A stretch of 42,656 nucleotides of DNA. It comes from a virus. The translations under genes and the position numbers were made by a program. Positions 8,241 to 17,133 of the stretch are shown here, piece by piece. The notes under the pieces are model-generated. The model made no database searches. It was given only the letters and a program-made list of their open reading frames with translations, and was not told the DNA's origin. The stretch lies in IMG/VR virus record IMGVR_UViG_3300010352_000823; one strand, written 5' to 3'. Position 1 is the first letter of the stretch. Each line of letters begins with the position of its first letter.

Positions 8241-8429
8241 TTAGTTATCCTTACAAGTTTTATATATTTGTTTTTTAATTACTTCACAATTTGTATCAAC
8301 AGTTATATTGTCCATTCCACGCATACCTATCTTACAAAAATCTTTTCCTATCGCAGGATGTTTATCTGCAAGGAAAACAATCAGATTTGCGTTTATGTAA
8401 TAGTCGTTAATTGGAATTAAGCATATCAT
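8241..8429 (-). CDS. Hypothetical protein (start refined to the internal ATG)
   Basis: ATG at 8429 is preceded by the same AAGGATAACTAAAATG junction. The longer ORF-track start at 8459 would overlap the upstream gene. Confidence 0.55.
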   Translation of the reverse strand: MICLIPINDYYINANLIVFLADKHPAIGKDFCKIGMRGMDNITVDTNCEVIKKQIYKTCKDN

Positions 8430-8430
8430 T

Positions 8431-9039
8431 TTAGTTATCCTTATTTGGATTAAGTTCATCTATTTCTGATTGTGTTAAGGGTGTAAAGTTTTGAAAACTA
8501 AAACCATTTTTACTATTATATCTTTCTATGTTTCTATCATTTATTTTATAAAGTATGCCCAATACATTTTTGTTATTTTCATAATCCCAAAACCAGCCCA
8601 ACTTTCCAATATACTTACTCATATCTACTGAACGGGTTATTTCTTTTATGGCATTTATGTAAGTCCAAGAAAAATCATCATAGACCAGTCTGTCGTCCAT
8701 AATAATTTTTACTACTGCCGCATATCTCGCGCCATCAACACTAACAACTGATATTTTATCGCCAGATTTTAATTCTTTTACTGTCAGTTGTAATTTGAAA
8801 TTGTCGACAATAATATCTTTAACTTCTTCCACATCATCTTCCATAAAAAACTCTGATGCAGGGATTATTTCTTTCATTTCTTTTGGTTCTGGTTTTATTA
8901 TAATCGAATAGCAACAACTAGGAATTAAAATTCTTTCTATATTCATAAACTTACAAACTTTATCGGCTTCTTCCTGTGAATTACAGCGAATAGCTATTTT
9001 TTTATCAATAAGTTCCTGTAAGGTATATTTTGTTTTCAT
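8431..9039 (-). CDS. Hypothetical protein; its N-terminal ~35 aa are paralogous to the N-terminus of the 15891-16361 product
   Basis: 202-aa ORF. KTKYTLQELIDKKIAIRCNSQEEADKVCKFMNI compared with TKYTREFLAENKIFIKCDTEDEASAVCTKLNI. Confidence 0.65.
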   Translation of the reverse strand: MKTKYTLQELIDKKIAIRCNSQEEADKVCKFMNIERILIPSCCYSIIIKPEPKEMKEIIPASEFFMEDDVEEVKDIIVDNFKLQLTVKELKSGDKISVVSVDGARYAAVVKIIMDDRLVYDDFSWTYINAIKEITRSVDMSKYIGKLGWFWDYENNKNVLGILYKINDRNIERYNSKNGFSFQNFTPLTQSEIDELNPNKDN

Positions 9040-9437
9040 TTTAGTTTCCTTTCTATTTGTTCTTTTAATTCATAAAATCTTTTATCAGCACCATTATGAG
9101 AATGACATTTTGCGCATAATGGAATAAGATTCGTTTGATCTGTCCGCCTTGATGGGTTCTGACTTCTAGTTTGTTGCCAATGATGGACTTGTATATTTTC
9201 TACACTTCCACAAAGAAAACAAACTTTACCCCATTTATCAAAACATATTTTTCTTGTTAACAACCATATCTTTTTCCAATTTTCTGATATTTTACGAATT
9301 GGTTTGACATTTTCTTTTATCCTTATACTTGTTCCTGGCCAGTATTTAACACCTGCCTTTGGCTTAAATGGCTTCAATGGCGTTCGTTTCATTTGTATTC
9401 TCGATTGGTAACAACGGTATAAAATTCGGGACACCAT
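9036..9437 (-). CDS. HNH endonuclease; the start may be the internal ATG at 9392
   Basis: CFLCGS...IQVHHW...NLIPLCAKCHSH. The N-terminus MKRTPLKPFKPK beginning at 9392 is typical for this type. Confidence 0.7.
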   Translation of the reverse strand: MVSRILYRCYQSRIQMKRTPLKPFKPKAGVKYWPGTSIRIKENVKPIRKISENWKKIWLLTRKICFDKWGKVCFLCGSVENIQVHHWQQTRSQNPSRRTDQTNLIPLCAKCHSHNGADKRFYELKEQIERKLK

Positions 9438-9558
9438 CCCAAAATTTCAAATAACATTCATAGGAATCAAAATTAACAATATGTGGCCTATTATTTTTTA
9501 TCACTCGAATGAACTTATTTTGTTGATTTATTATTTTCCCGCATTGTTCACATACCAT
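9364..9558 (-). CDS. Small zinc-ribbon-like protein
   Basis: 64-aa ORF with CEQCGK ... FDSYECYLKF (Cys pair plus a Cys-containing tail). Confidence 0.5.
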   Translation of the reverse strand: MVCEQCGKIINQQNKFIRVIKNNRPHIVNFDSYECYLKFWDGVPNFIPLLPIENTNETNAIEAI

Positions 9559-9567
9559 TTTATCCCC

Positions 9568-10065
9568 CTAAAATAAGTTTTGTTGCTTACCTGTTGCAAA
9601 TTGTGCTTGCGCACGCCATTCTTGCTTATACTGGACACAATCTTTTATATCATCGATTGATACCATTTCATTACTGAATCTTATAACTTTGGCTTTCTTT
9701 GTCCAGACAAATTTTGGAACTTTTCTTTGGCCGGTCATAAATTCAAATCCGCGCAATGTCATAAACCAATCACCACTATCGTCATCGGCCGGCATTGCAA
9801 GCCCAAAATAACGAAGTTTTTGGAAATTCGTGTATTCGCTCTTATTTTCAAGAAGTTTTTGTAGATTTGCGCGCCGACCAGTTGCTTGAAACAAATGACT
9901 TAATCCACGAATCATTATTGTTGTTAGAGAATGTTTATATTCAACAGGCATTTTTTGTTGACAAATAGGACAATCATCAAATTCATATCCAAGATCTTTT
10001 AATTGTTCATACGAATCTTTGATGGTTTCTATTAAATCTTTTACAAGTATATTTTCGTGTTCCAT
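9568..10065 (-). CDS. Hypothetical protein
   Basis: 165-aa ORF with GGAGG-like SD (ctggaggaaaaaatgg); contains CPIC. Confidence 0.65.
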   Translation of the reverse strand: MEHENILVKDLIETIKDSYEQLKDLGYEFDDCPICQQKMPVEYKHSLTTIMIRGLSHLFQATGRRANLQKLLENKSEYTNFQKLRYFGLAMPADDDSGDWFMTLRGFEFMTGQRKVPKFVWTKKAKVIRFSNEMVSIDDIKDCVQYKQEWRAQAQFATGKQQNLF

Positions 10066-10092
10066 TTTTTCCTCCAGTTTTATTTTATAGAA

Positions 10093-10335
10093 TTATTCTT
10101 TATCGTCATCATGTTTAATTTTCAAAATATCATCAACAACTTTTATCAATTCTTTTTCGGATTCGGATAACTTTAATTCTGTTCTTTGTGATATTTTACC
10201 AAAATAATGTCGATCTGTTAAATATGTATGAAGTATTCTATATGCTTTTGACAGGGCGATATTGTTATTTTTACAAACAAATTTTACTTTTTGTAATACT
10301 TCTAATAATACTCTTTCGTTCTTTTTTATTTTCAT
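10093..10335 (-). CDS. Hypothetical protein, first gene of the leftward arm
   Basis: 80-aa ORF with AAAGGAAAAAACA SD, directly downstream of a consensus promoter. Confidence 0.65.
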   Translation of the reverse strand: MKIKKNERVLLEVLQKVKFVCKNNNIALSKAYRILHTYLTDRHYFGKISQRTELKLSESEKELIKVVDDILKIKHDDDKE

Positions 10336-10358
10336 TGTTTTTTCCTTTTTATAACCAA

Positions 10359-10386
10359 ATTATAGCAATAAAAAATAAAAAGTCAA
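10359..10386 (-). promoter_or_regulatory. Leftward promoter TTGACT-N16-TATAAT
   Basis: Hexamers read on the minus strand (-35 at 10386-10381, -10 at 10364-10359), about 25 nt upstream of the first leftward ATG. Confidence 0.65.
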
Positions 10387-10411
10387 ATCTTTTTTTGAAA
10401 AAAATTATTAT

Positions 10412-10552
10412 TTGCCAAATTCTGCAAAGTGTCGATATTTGCCATTATGCGCCGTATATGCGCCATCAAATAGCCAAATGTGCGCGCATTTTTGGCGTTT
10501 TTATTCTAATAATTCTTTGATTATAGCCAATTATTTATAACCATAAGGTTAT
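10412..10552. promoter_or_regulatory. Repeat-rich core of the control region (candidate operators, iterons or origin)
   Basis: T[TA]GCCA[AT][AT]T x4 (10412, 10439, 10471, 10524). ATGCGCC x2 spaced 11 bp (10447, 10458). Hairpin gccaaa/tttggc followed by a T-run (10473-10505). Palindrome ATAACC-ATAA-GGTTAT (10537-10552). Confidence 0.45.
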
Positions 10553-10645
10553 GTAATTTATGTATTTATAAAATATATATTAAAAAAACAGAAGATATAT
10601 AAAATAGAAAAATAAAAATAAAATAAAAAAAATCAAAAAATAAAT

Positions 10646-10674
10646 TTGCAATTCGATTTTTTTTATGTAATAAT
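10646..10674 (+). promoter_or_regulatory. Rightward promoter TTGCAA-N17-AATAAT
   Basis: Hexamers read on the plus strand, about 25 nt upstream of the AAAGGAG SD and the ATG at 10698. Confidence 0.55.
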
Positions 10675-10697
10675 GTGTTCATAGAAAGGAGCAAACA

Positions 10698-10886
10698 ATG
10701 AAACAATTATCAATAATTTTATTAACCACAATCTGTATTTGGATTATAATTCCAAAAGATAAAACCCCGCAACCAACAAAAAACGATTGCATTGCATACT
10801 GGACACAAAGAACATCATCTTGGAATAACAAACCCAGCGCAGAAACAATACAATTTGATTCAAATTTTTGTGGGGATGTTAAATAA
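10698..10886 (+). CDS. Small membrane or secreted protein
   Basis: AAAGGAGCAAACA-ATG; N-terminal hydrophobic segment LSIILLTTICIWIII; stop overlaps the helicase start. Confidence 0.65.
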   Translation: MKQLSIILLTTICIWIIIPKDKTPQPTKNDCIAYWTQRTSSWNNKPSAETIQFDSNFCGDVK

Positions 10887-12349
10887 TGTTCAAACTTCGT
10901 AAATATCAAGAAGACGCAGTAAAATTCTGCACAAAGAAACTGGCCAATGATAAAAATTCATTGTTGGTGGCCGCGACTGGTGCAGGAAAAACAATAATGT
11001 TATCTGCTGTTGCGCGTTGGATTGCGAATAATTCAAAAGGTAAAATTTATGTTATTGTTGGTCGGGATAAGATTAACCAGCAAAACATAGATAAATTTCG
11101 TCAGGTAGTTCCTGAATATGCTGCGTCTGAGTATTCCGGTAGAATGAAGTCAATGCATGGTCGAGTTGTATTTATGACGGTTCAAACCGCAATAAATCAC
11201 TTTGAAAAATTACCAAAACCAGTGGCAATAATATACGATGAAGTGCAGCATTCTCGCGCAAAATCCTATGAAGAACTAACCGCGTATTGGAATCCGGAAT
11301 TTTTATTTGGTGCAACCGCAACCCCAATTCGAGGTGATAAAAAGACACTTGGAACATTATTTGATAATTTTTATCAGATATCGGCGCGCGAATTGATTGC
11401 TATGAATTATCTATCAAAACCAGAATTTCATAATTTTAATTCTCTTTGGGATATTCCAGACGGTCTTTTTGGTGATTTGTTGTTGAAATACATTGAAAAT
11501 TTGAAAAAAGATTTGAAAAAGTCTTTTGAAGAACTGGAACGATTACCTGGAAAATCAATCATTTTCTGCAGAAACCACAGCGTTGCAATCCATGTAAAAG
11601 AAACTTTGCAGGAAATGGGTGAATCTGTATCGTATATAAAATCTGGTGGTTATGATAACGATGAGGAAATGGACAGATTTATCAAAGGTAAAACTCAGTG
11701 GTTGGTCAATGTTGATATTGCAACCGAGGGATTTGATGATCCGTATATTATGAATGTGTTTAATTTATGCATCGATGGGTCGCGCAGCCGTTGGGTTCAA
11801 AAAGTTGGGCGTGGCTTGCGACCACATCAGAATAAAACTGTTTGTCGGATATTTGATTGCGGCGGCAATATAGAAAACTATGGGGATTTGGATTTTACCG
11901 AAGTATTGCCAAAAGCAGCAGAAACAAGGAATGGTAAATTTATTATCTTAGATGACCCATTTGCAGATGAATCTGAAAAGAAAGACGATAATGAGGAACA
12001 AAAACCAGAATTACAGGATATACCAGAATCCTGTTTCAAATACGGTCAAGAAATTTCACCGTATGCGGCCCCAGATGGTTGGTTTTCTTTTTACGATTTG
12101 GAATATGGCGTGGTTTATATTCGAAATGATGGTAAGCTTGCAAGATACAATGGTGTTGAAATTAAAATTTACGAAGAATCTGATATAGAAATTGATAACA
12201 TTGACTTTGGTATAAAACCAGAATCCGATGATATAAACAACTGGCAATTAAGAAAAATAACCGATATTCCAAGCTTTGGAATGACAAAAAACCAAGCTGA
12301 CGCCGTGTTATCTTGGAAATTATGGAAAAAGAAAACCACCCGCCAATGA
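10886..12349 (+). CDS. SF2 (DEAD/DExH-box, ResIII-like) DNA helicase
   Basis: Motif I AATGAGKT, motif II YDEVQH, motif III GATATP, motif VI QKVGRGLR. Confidence 0.9.
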   Translation: MFKLRKYQEDAVKFCTKKLANDKNSLLVAATGAGKTIMLSAVARWIANNSKGKIYVIVGRDKINQQNIDKFRQVVPEYAASEYSGRMKSMHGRVVFMTVQTAINHFEKLPKPVAIIYDEVQHSRAKSYEELTAYWNPEFLFGATATPIRGDKKTLGTLFDNFYQISARELIAMNYLSKPEFHNFNSLWDIPDGLFGDLLLKYIENLKKDLKKSFEELERLPGKSIIFCRNHSVAIHVKETLQEMGESVSYIKSGGYDNDEEMDRFIKGKTQWLVNVDIATEGFDDPYIMNVFNLCIDGSRSRWVQKVGRGLRPHQNKTVCRIFDCGGNIENYGDLDFTEVLPKAAETRNGKFIILDDPFADESEKKDDNEEQKPELQDIPESCFKYGQEISPYAAPDGWFSFYDLEYGVVYIRNDGKLARYNGVEIKIYEESDIEIDNIDFGIKPESDDINNWQLRKITDIPSFGMTKNQADAVLSWKLWKKKTTRQ

Positions 12350-12378
12350 TTTGACGGGTGTTGAAAAGGAGCTATCAA

Positions 12379-12639
12379 ATGAAAATCCATACGGAAAAAT
12401 TATTTAATAACTTAACCAAAGTATATGACTTTCAATTAGCATTGTCAATTAAAAAAATAAATCAAGAATCCTGCATTGTTGATAGAAATTCTTGTATTAT
12501 ATTTCCCGAAACCCAATCAATTATAGAATTGTTCGAAATATATGGAACAGGACCGTATTGTATATGCGGATCGCGTGTTATAGGGTTTTATATGGGAAGT
12601 CTATATGATTCTTGGAATAGTAATAACCTGACTAATTAA
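12379..12639 (+). CDS. Hypothetical protein (start refined)
   Basis: AAAAGGAGCTATCAA-ATG at 12379; the ORF-track start at 12358 is a GTG with no SD. Confidence 0.6.
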   Translation: MKIHTEKLFNNLTKVYDFQLALSIKKINQESCIVDRNSCIIFPETQSIIELFEIYGTGPYCICGSRVIGFYMGSLYDSWNSNNLTN

Positions 12640-12769
12640 AACTGGAGGTTTATATATTTATAATAAAGATGGAACTTTAATATAAAAACTTAGTCAGGTC
12701 GTTTGAATTATAGATAAAATCAAATTGTATGTCAAGGTATTAAACAAACAATTTATTTATCAGATTCAT

Positions 12770-12797
12770 TTGACAAATGATTTTTTTAATTTATGGT
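12770..12797 (+). promoter_or_regulatory. Promoter TTGACA-N16-TATGGT
   Basis: Read directly; 24 nt upstream of the ATG at 12821. Confidence 0.5.
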
Positions 12798-12820
12798 ATT
12801 TCGGAAGGAAAGGAGCTGAA

Positions 12821-13456
12821 ATGGGAATACGATTTTTAATGTTGGATAATGCGGTTTTAGAAAAACTTGGGCGAAAGATAGACGCACGCCGATTTCGCAA
12901 GATTATATTCAAGGCCAGTGATTATACGACACTATGTCCCGAAGATGAGGCACGCGGGCGCGCAATGTTCAAACCTCGCGATGCAATAGAACAAGAATTT
13001 TGGAATCTTATCTGTGATGAGATAAAAATAACAGCGACAAGATATATGAAATTAAAAGAAGATGGAAAACTCGGTGGCCGGCCAAAAAAACCAGAAAACT
13101 CGAATTGTTCCAAAAATGCACAAATCGAGAAATCTGCAGAAAAGACGACTATTAAGGAAAATCGAATAGTCGCAACCCCAGAAAAAAAAGTCAATGATTT
13201 ATTAAACAAGTTTTCAATCAATCATAATGCCAGAAAAGCAGATTTACACACGGTTCAAATAACACCAGATTTTGATTTAACAAGATTAAATGACCCAATC
13301 GGCGAAGCTATGCGCATGCGATACCCGCCGAACAAGTCCGATTTATTATACAGATTATCCAAATGGTTAAAATCCCCAAATAATTCGTTTGTTGGAACTC
13401 GTGTCGATTCGGTTTGGTTATCAAGACAAGCTGATAATTTTTTCAACAAAAAATAA
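12821..13456 (+). CDS. Hypothetical protein, possibly DNA-binding or replication-associated (start refined)
   Basis: GGAAAGGAGCTGAA-ATG at 12821. Basic central segment KLGGRPKKPEN. The functional guess is weak. Confidence 0.6.
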   Translation: MGIRFLMLDNAVLEKLGRKIDARRFRKIIFKASDYTTLCPEDEARGRAMFKPRDAIEQEFWNLICDEIKITATRYMKLKEDGKLGGRPKKPENSNCSKNAQIEKSAEKTTIKENRIVATPEKKVNDLLNKFSINHNARKADLHTVQITPDFDLTRLNDPIGEAMRMRYPPNKSDLLYRLSKWLKSPNNSFVGTRVDSVWLSRQADNFFNKK

Positions 13457-13506
13457 AAATGGCGGATTACTGGGATTTTCTATCATAACTTTTTTATATT
13501 TTTTGC

Positions 13507-13535
13507 TTGATTTTATATTTTATTTATCATATAAT
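13507..13535 (+). promoter_or_regulatory. Promoter TTGATT-N17-TATAAT
   Basis: Read directly; perfect -10 hexamer, 30 nt upstream of the ATG at 13565. Confidence 0.65.
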
Positions 13536-13564
13536 ATAGATGAATAAAACTGGAGGATATAAAA

Positions 13565-13786
13565 ATGGAACAAGAAAATATGAATCGCGGAATTGCGTTG
13601 ATCGAAATTGATGCGGTGGCTGAAACAAAATACTGGATGAATTGCCGTCCTTATTCTAACATCAGAGAAATTTATAAAAATGCAAGACATTTTTGTAGAT
13701 ACTATTTTTGCAAGACAGAAGACGGATGCAGATACCGCCCGACAACAGTAAATAATATGTTTTCAAGATTAACCCAAGGAGCTTAA
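13565..13786 (+). CDS. Hypothetical protein
   Basis: 73-aa ORF with CTGGAGG SD. Confidence 0.65.
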   Translation: MEQENMNRGIALIEIDAVAETKYWMNCRPYSNIREIYKNARHFCRYYFCKTEDGCRYRPTTVNNMFSRLTQGA

Positions 13787-13787
13787 A

Positions 13788-14930
13788 ATGGCAGCAGGTT
13801 TAATAACGATTGATTCAATTCAAAAGGGATTGTCCACCGAAACAGGTGTCAATTTCAAACCATCAGATTTTTTCTTATCAAAAATAATGGATGGGTTCTC
13901 AGCAAATGCCCGTCATTTGCAAACAGAAACCCAACAAAAGAATGCAATATATGCTTTGGCTAATTCAGTTGCAAAATTTGCAGCTGCTCAGGTTGATTTC
14001 AAAACAGATTATGATTGCCTTGATATTGTATTCCGTGGCGGAATACCTTGTATCAGCATGCAAACTCGTCTTGTTCCAAGATTGCTAGCACGGCGCGGAT
14101 ATATTTATACTGACTTCTTTGCAGCTATTGCCCCGGGGTCAGCTGCAAAATTTACAGAAGTAATTGCGGGCGGGAGGCGTGTAGTTATATTTTCGGATGA
14201 TTCAAAACAACAACCAACGATAAATATAGCCAATATATTAAATGGTAATATCGATCATCTTGCTATCCGTGTTTCGATTGGAAAAGACGCAAATTCATTG
14301 ATTGACTTTGCTGGGGTTATTCCAGTGGATGAGATTATTGCGGCCGCGAATGCCTCAGAGAAAGGAATTTATCAGATTGAAAGATATCTGGATGATAATA
14401 AAAAATGGAAACGGCGCATTAAAACAGATGCCAATGGGAATAAATTGTTAAATACTGTTGAATGCCCATGGACACAATATACCAGTGAAATGGTCAAAAA
14501 GGTATGTGTTCGCAGATTACAGAAAGTAATAATTGAAACTTTCCCAGAAATTGCAGATGTTCAGGGATTGACAGAAGAGGGTATGGATGCAGATACAGCA
14601 CCTATCAAAGTTGAGGAAATTAAACCGATTGAAGAAATTTCACCAGAAGAATATGAAACCAACATTGATTTTGAAAAGCCAAGCGAATCACAAACAAAAG
14701 ATATGGTTGCGGCGCATGAAACATATAAAAAGCTTCCAGAACAAATTATCGATGATCTGGAAAAGATAAAAGCTGATTTTCCAGAACCGTTGACCCAAGA
14801 AACCATGGATGAGAATCGTGAAAATATAATTGCGAAACATTTTGTAACACTTGCGCTTTTTAGAAAATATCCGTCATTACATAAAAAACGGCCAGATTTG
14901 TTTGAAACATTCAAATGGTTGATTGCATAA
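13788..14930 (+). CDS. Putative single-strand annealing protein (RecT-like)
   Basis: 380-aa ORF with AAGGAG SD, immediately upstream of the YqaJ-type exonuclease. Segment ISMQTRLVPRLLARRGYI resembles the RecT core; acidic C-terminal tail. Confidence 0.5.
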   Translation: MAAGLITIDSIQKGLSTETGVNFKPSDFFLSKIMDGFSANARHLQTETQQKNAIYALANSVAKFAAAQVDFKTDYDCLDIVFRGGIPCISMQTRLVPRLLARRGYIYTDFFAAIAPGSAAKFTEVIAGGRRVVIFSDDSKQQPTINIANILNGNIDHLAIRVSIGKDANSLIDFAGVIPVDEIIAAANASEKGIYQIERYLDDNKKWKRRIKTDANGNKLLNTVECPWTQYTSEMVKKVCVRRLQKVIIETFPEIADVQGLTEEGMDADTAPIKVEEIKPIEEISPEEYETNIDFEKPSESQTKDMVAAHETYKKLPEQIIDDLEKIKADFPEPLTQETMDENRENIIAKHFVTLALFRKYPSLHKKRPDLFETFKWLIA

Positions 14931-14940
14931 GGAGGCAATT

Positions 14941-15891
14941 ATGAAAAAAATCAATGTAAAACAGCGTTCCTTGGGTTGGTATAATCTGCGCGCAACGCGT
15001 ATAGGCGCAAGCGAAGCATGGGGTATTTTGCGTTATTATGCGACCGAACAAGAACTTTTGAATGTCGGAATCGATCCATTGGAAGCAAAACAGGAAGTTC
15101 CATATTCAACATCGTATCGGTTGTATAAGAAAATGATTGGCACACCAGAAGATAGTAAAATAAGTATTTACGATGCTCAATTTGGCGAGGCTATGGAATT
15201 TTGGGTCAAATCAAAATTTACCAGCAAGCCATCGTCAAATGTCTACATTGATAAAAATAATATCGTTTCTTTGGATATTGCTGGTGGTTCTGGTGCGCCA
15301 TGGGTTGCACCAATCATTGAAATCAAGACGCGCCGTGAAATTGCCGACAAGCCACTTTTATCATGGCGGATTCAAATGTCATTACAATGTCGCGCAGAGG
15401 GTAGCAGTGAATGCGGTCTTTTACAGATAGCTTTATTTGGATTTGATGAAGTTTTGCGCGGGCGCGTTGGATTTGCCTATGAAAAACTAAATCACAAGAA
15501 ATTCTTGGAATTTATGGAAAATCTGGAAAAAGAAATTGTATTTGACTTATATCAGCGCGATGATAGATTGTTGGCCTTGTATGATGTCTGCATGGAACGA
15601 TTCTTAAAAGATGTAAGTGATAAGAACCCACCAATACCAGTTATTGCAGAAGAACCAACAACCGCTGCTATCGGTGAATTGATTGGAAGTTATACCGGTC
15701 AAACCGAATACAATTTGAAGCGGTATTTGAAACTTAAACGATTGGGAAATCTTATCAAGGATGAACTTGATAAAGAAAAACAGTCAATTTTTGTTAAATG
15801 TATCAACACAATGTCTATATCTGTGTTTGATGAATTTGGCAATAGTGGAAAATTTAACGCACGGTCATTTTTAACCAAGGAGGCAAAATAA
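14941..15891 (+). CDS. YqaJ/lambda-Exo-like PD-(D/E)XK exonuclease
   Basis: TAAGGAGG SD. N-terminus QRSLGWYNLRATRIGASEAWGIL matches the YqaJ pattern (SxEWxxxRxGxITAS). IIEIKT is an ExK motif. Confidence 0.7.
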   Translation: MKKINVKQRSLGWYNLRATRIGASEAWGILRYYATEQELLNVGIDPLEAKQEVPYSTSYRLYKKMIGTPEDSKISIYDAQFGEAMEFWVKSKFTSKPSSNVYIDKNNIVSLDIAGGSGAPWVAPIIEIKTRREIADKPLLSWRIQMSLQCRAEGSSECGLLQIALFGFDEVLRGRVGFAYEKLNHKKFLEFMENLEKEIVFDLYQRDDRLLALYDVCMERFLKDVSDKNPPIPVIAEEPTTAAIGELIGSYTGQTEYNLKRYLKLKRLGNLIKDELDKEKQSIFVKCINTMSISVFDEFGNSGKFNARSFLTKEAK

Positions 15892-16361
15892 TGACAAAAT
15901 ATACAAGAGAATTTTTGGCAGAAAATAAAATTTTTATAAAATGCGATACCGAAGATGAGGCCAGTGCTGTATGCACAAAGTTAAATATAAAAAATCTCGA
16001 CAATAGATGGAGCGAAAAAGAAAAATATCTACGCGTTTATAAATATGATGATATTGGTGATACTTTTTATTCAATGGATATTAGAGGTAGCGGAATATAT
16101 GCCCATGATGTTTTGAATGATTATGAAACACCAGAACCAGAAAAAGTATCAATTCGTGCAGAGGGCGAATCTGATGAAGAAGTAAGGAACAAAGTAATAC
16201 ATCAATCTGGTATTCCTGCCCATGCATTATGTTATTTTAAGGACGGCGATCAATGGTGTTGTGTTTTCGGTGATTTTATAAATCTACAAGAAAGCCCGGC
16301 TGGATTTGGCAATACCCAATCAGATGCTTTGGTAGATTTGACAATACAATGGCAGAAATAA
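15891..16361 (+). CDS. Hypothetical protein; N-terminus paralogous to the 8431-9039 product
   Basis: AAGGAGG SD; ATG overlaps the upstream stop (TAATG). Confidence 0.65.
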   Translation: MTKYTREFLAENKIFIKCDTEDEASAVCTKLNIKNLDNRWSEKEKYLRVYKYDDIGDTFYSMDIRGSGIYAHDVLNDYETPEPEKVSIRAEGESDEEVRNKVIHQSGIPAHALCYFKDGDQWCCVFGDFINLQESPAGFGNTQSDALVDLTIQWQK

Positions 16362-16382
16362 AGAACAAAATGGCTGACTGAT

Positions 16383-16961
16383 ATGCTCGACATAAAATTT
16401 TCTTCGGCAAATCAAATAAATCAGGTCTACGATGCTGTTCTTGACGCATGGGAAAAATCCCCCATAATGCCAAAAACAGGTATCAAACAACCAATTTATA
16501 TCAAAATAATGGATGGAAAACAGTATAAGACGAATAAACAGAATGCTCTTTTCCATTCATTACTTGAAATTTTCTGGTCATCGGGACTGGCAAGTTTTGA
16601 TTCGCCGATGGAATTACGCAGATATTACAAGGAAATTGCTGGTCTGGTAAAACGGGAAAGTATCGAAGTAAAGCGTCAATTACAGATAACTAAGTTTGAA
16701 AAAGAAATGTTACACGAATGTTTGAAAAGACTGAACTTTTCATATCTCGGCCGGCAATCGATTTATACCGCTCTGCGTGGTGTAAATAAAACAGAAATGA
16801 TACACGAAATATCATGGGCAGACGCATCCAAAAAAGGTGCAAAGATAGCCCTTGATTGTTTAATAAAAGATATGTGCCAAGCCGGTGTCAATGGTGCAAA
16901 GTTTGACGCAATAATGCAAGAAATAACAAAAGGGATTTGGAATGAAAATGACTTGGGATGA
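16383..16961 (+). CDS. Possible NinB/Orf-like recombination mediator
   Basis: QPIYIKIMDGKQYKTNKQNALFHSLLEIF parallels lambda NinB KPIVVTIQERNRSLDQNRKLWACLGDV. Confidence 0.4.
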   Translation: MLDIKFSSANQINQVYDAVLDAWEKSPIMPKTGIKQPIYIKIMDGKQYKTNKQNALFHSLLEIFWSSGLASFDSPMELRRYYKEIAGLVKRESIEVKRQLQITKFEKEMLHECLKRLNFSYLGRQSIYTALRGVNKTEMIHEISWADASKKGAKIALDCLIKDMCQAGVNGAKFDAIMQEITKGIWNENDLG

Positions 16962-17130
16962 ATTAGAAAAATTTGCACAGTCTAAACAACTAACAGTCGA
17001 TGTTGGGGCAGAAAAAGTATATTATATCTGGTCCGAAAAGGGTGATTGGCATATAAGGTTATGTTGTAATGATTCAAACTATATAGAAAAATTATATAAA
17101 ATTATAACCGCACTAACAGAAAAGGAATAA
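16942..17130 (+). CDS. Hypothetical protein
   Basis: 62-aa ORF ending ...TEKE-TAA, where AAGGAATAA doubles as the SD for the next ORF. Confidence 0.55.
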   Translation: MKMTWDELEKFAQSKQLTVDVGAEKVYYIWSEKGDWHIRLCCNDSNYIEKLYKIITALTEKE

Positions 17131-17133
17131 GAT

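Noticed and set aside
10473-10505. Hairpin plus T-run in the control region interpreted as the terminator of a discrete small RNA gene
   Set aside because: I found no convincing plus-strand promoter upstream (the best candidates have poor -10 elements). It is kept only as part of the control-region finding, not called as an ncRNA.
10188-10520. 110-aa plus-strand ORF spanning the control region
   Set aside because: Low-complexity Phe/Leu/Ile-rich translation and no SD. It runs antisense over the 5-prime end of the first leftward gene (10093-10335) and across the leftward promoter and repeat island. Most likely a product of AT-rich sequence.
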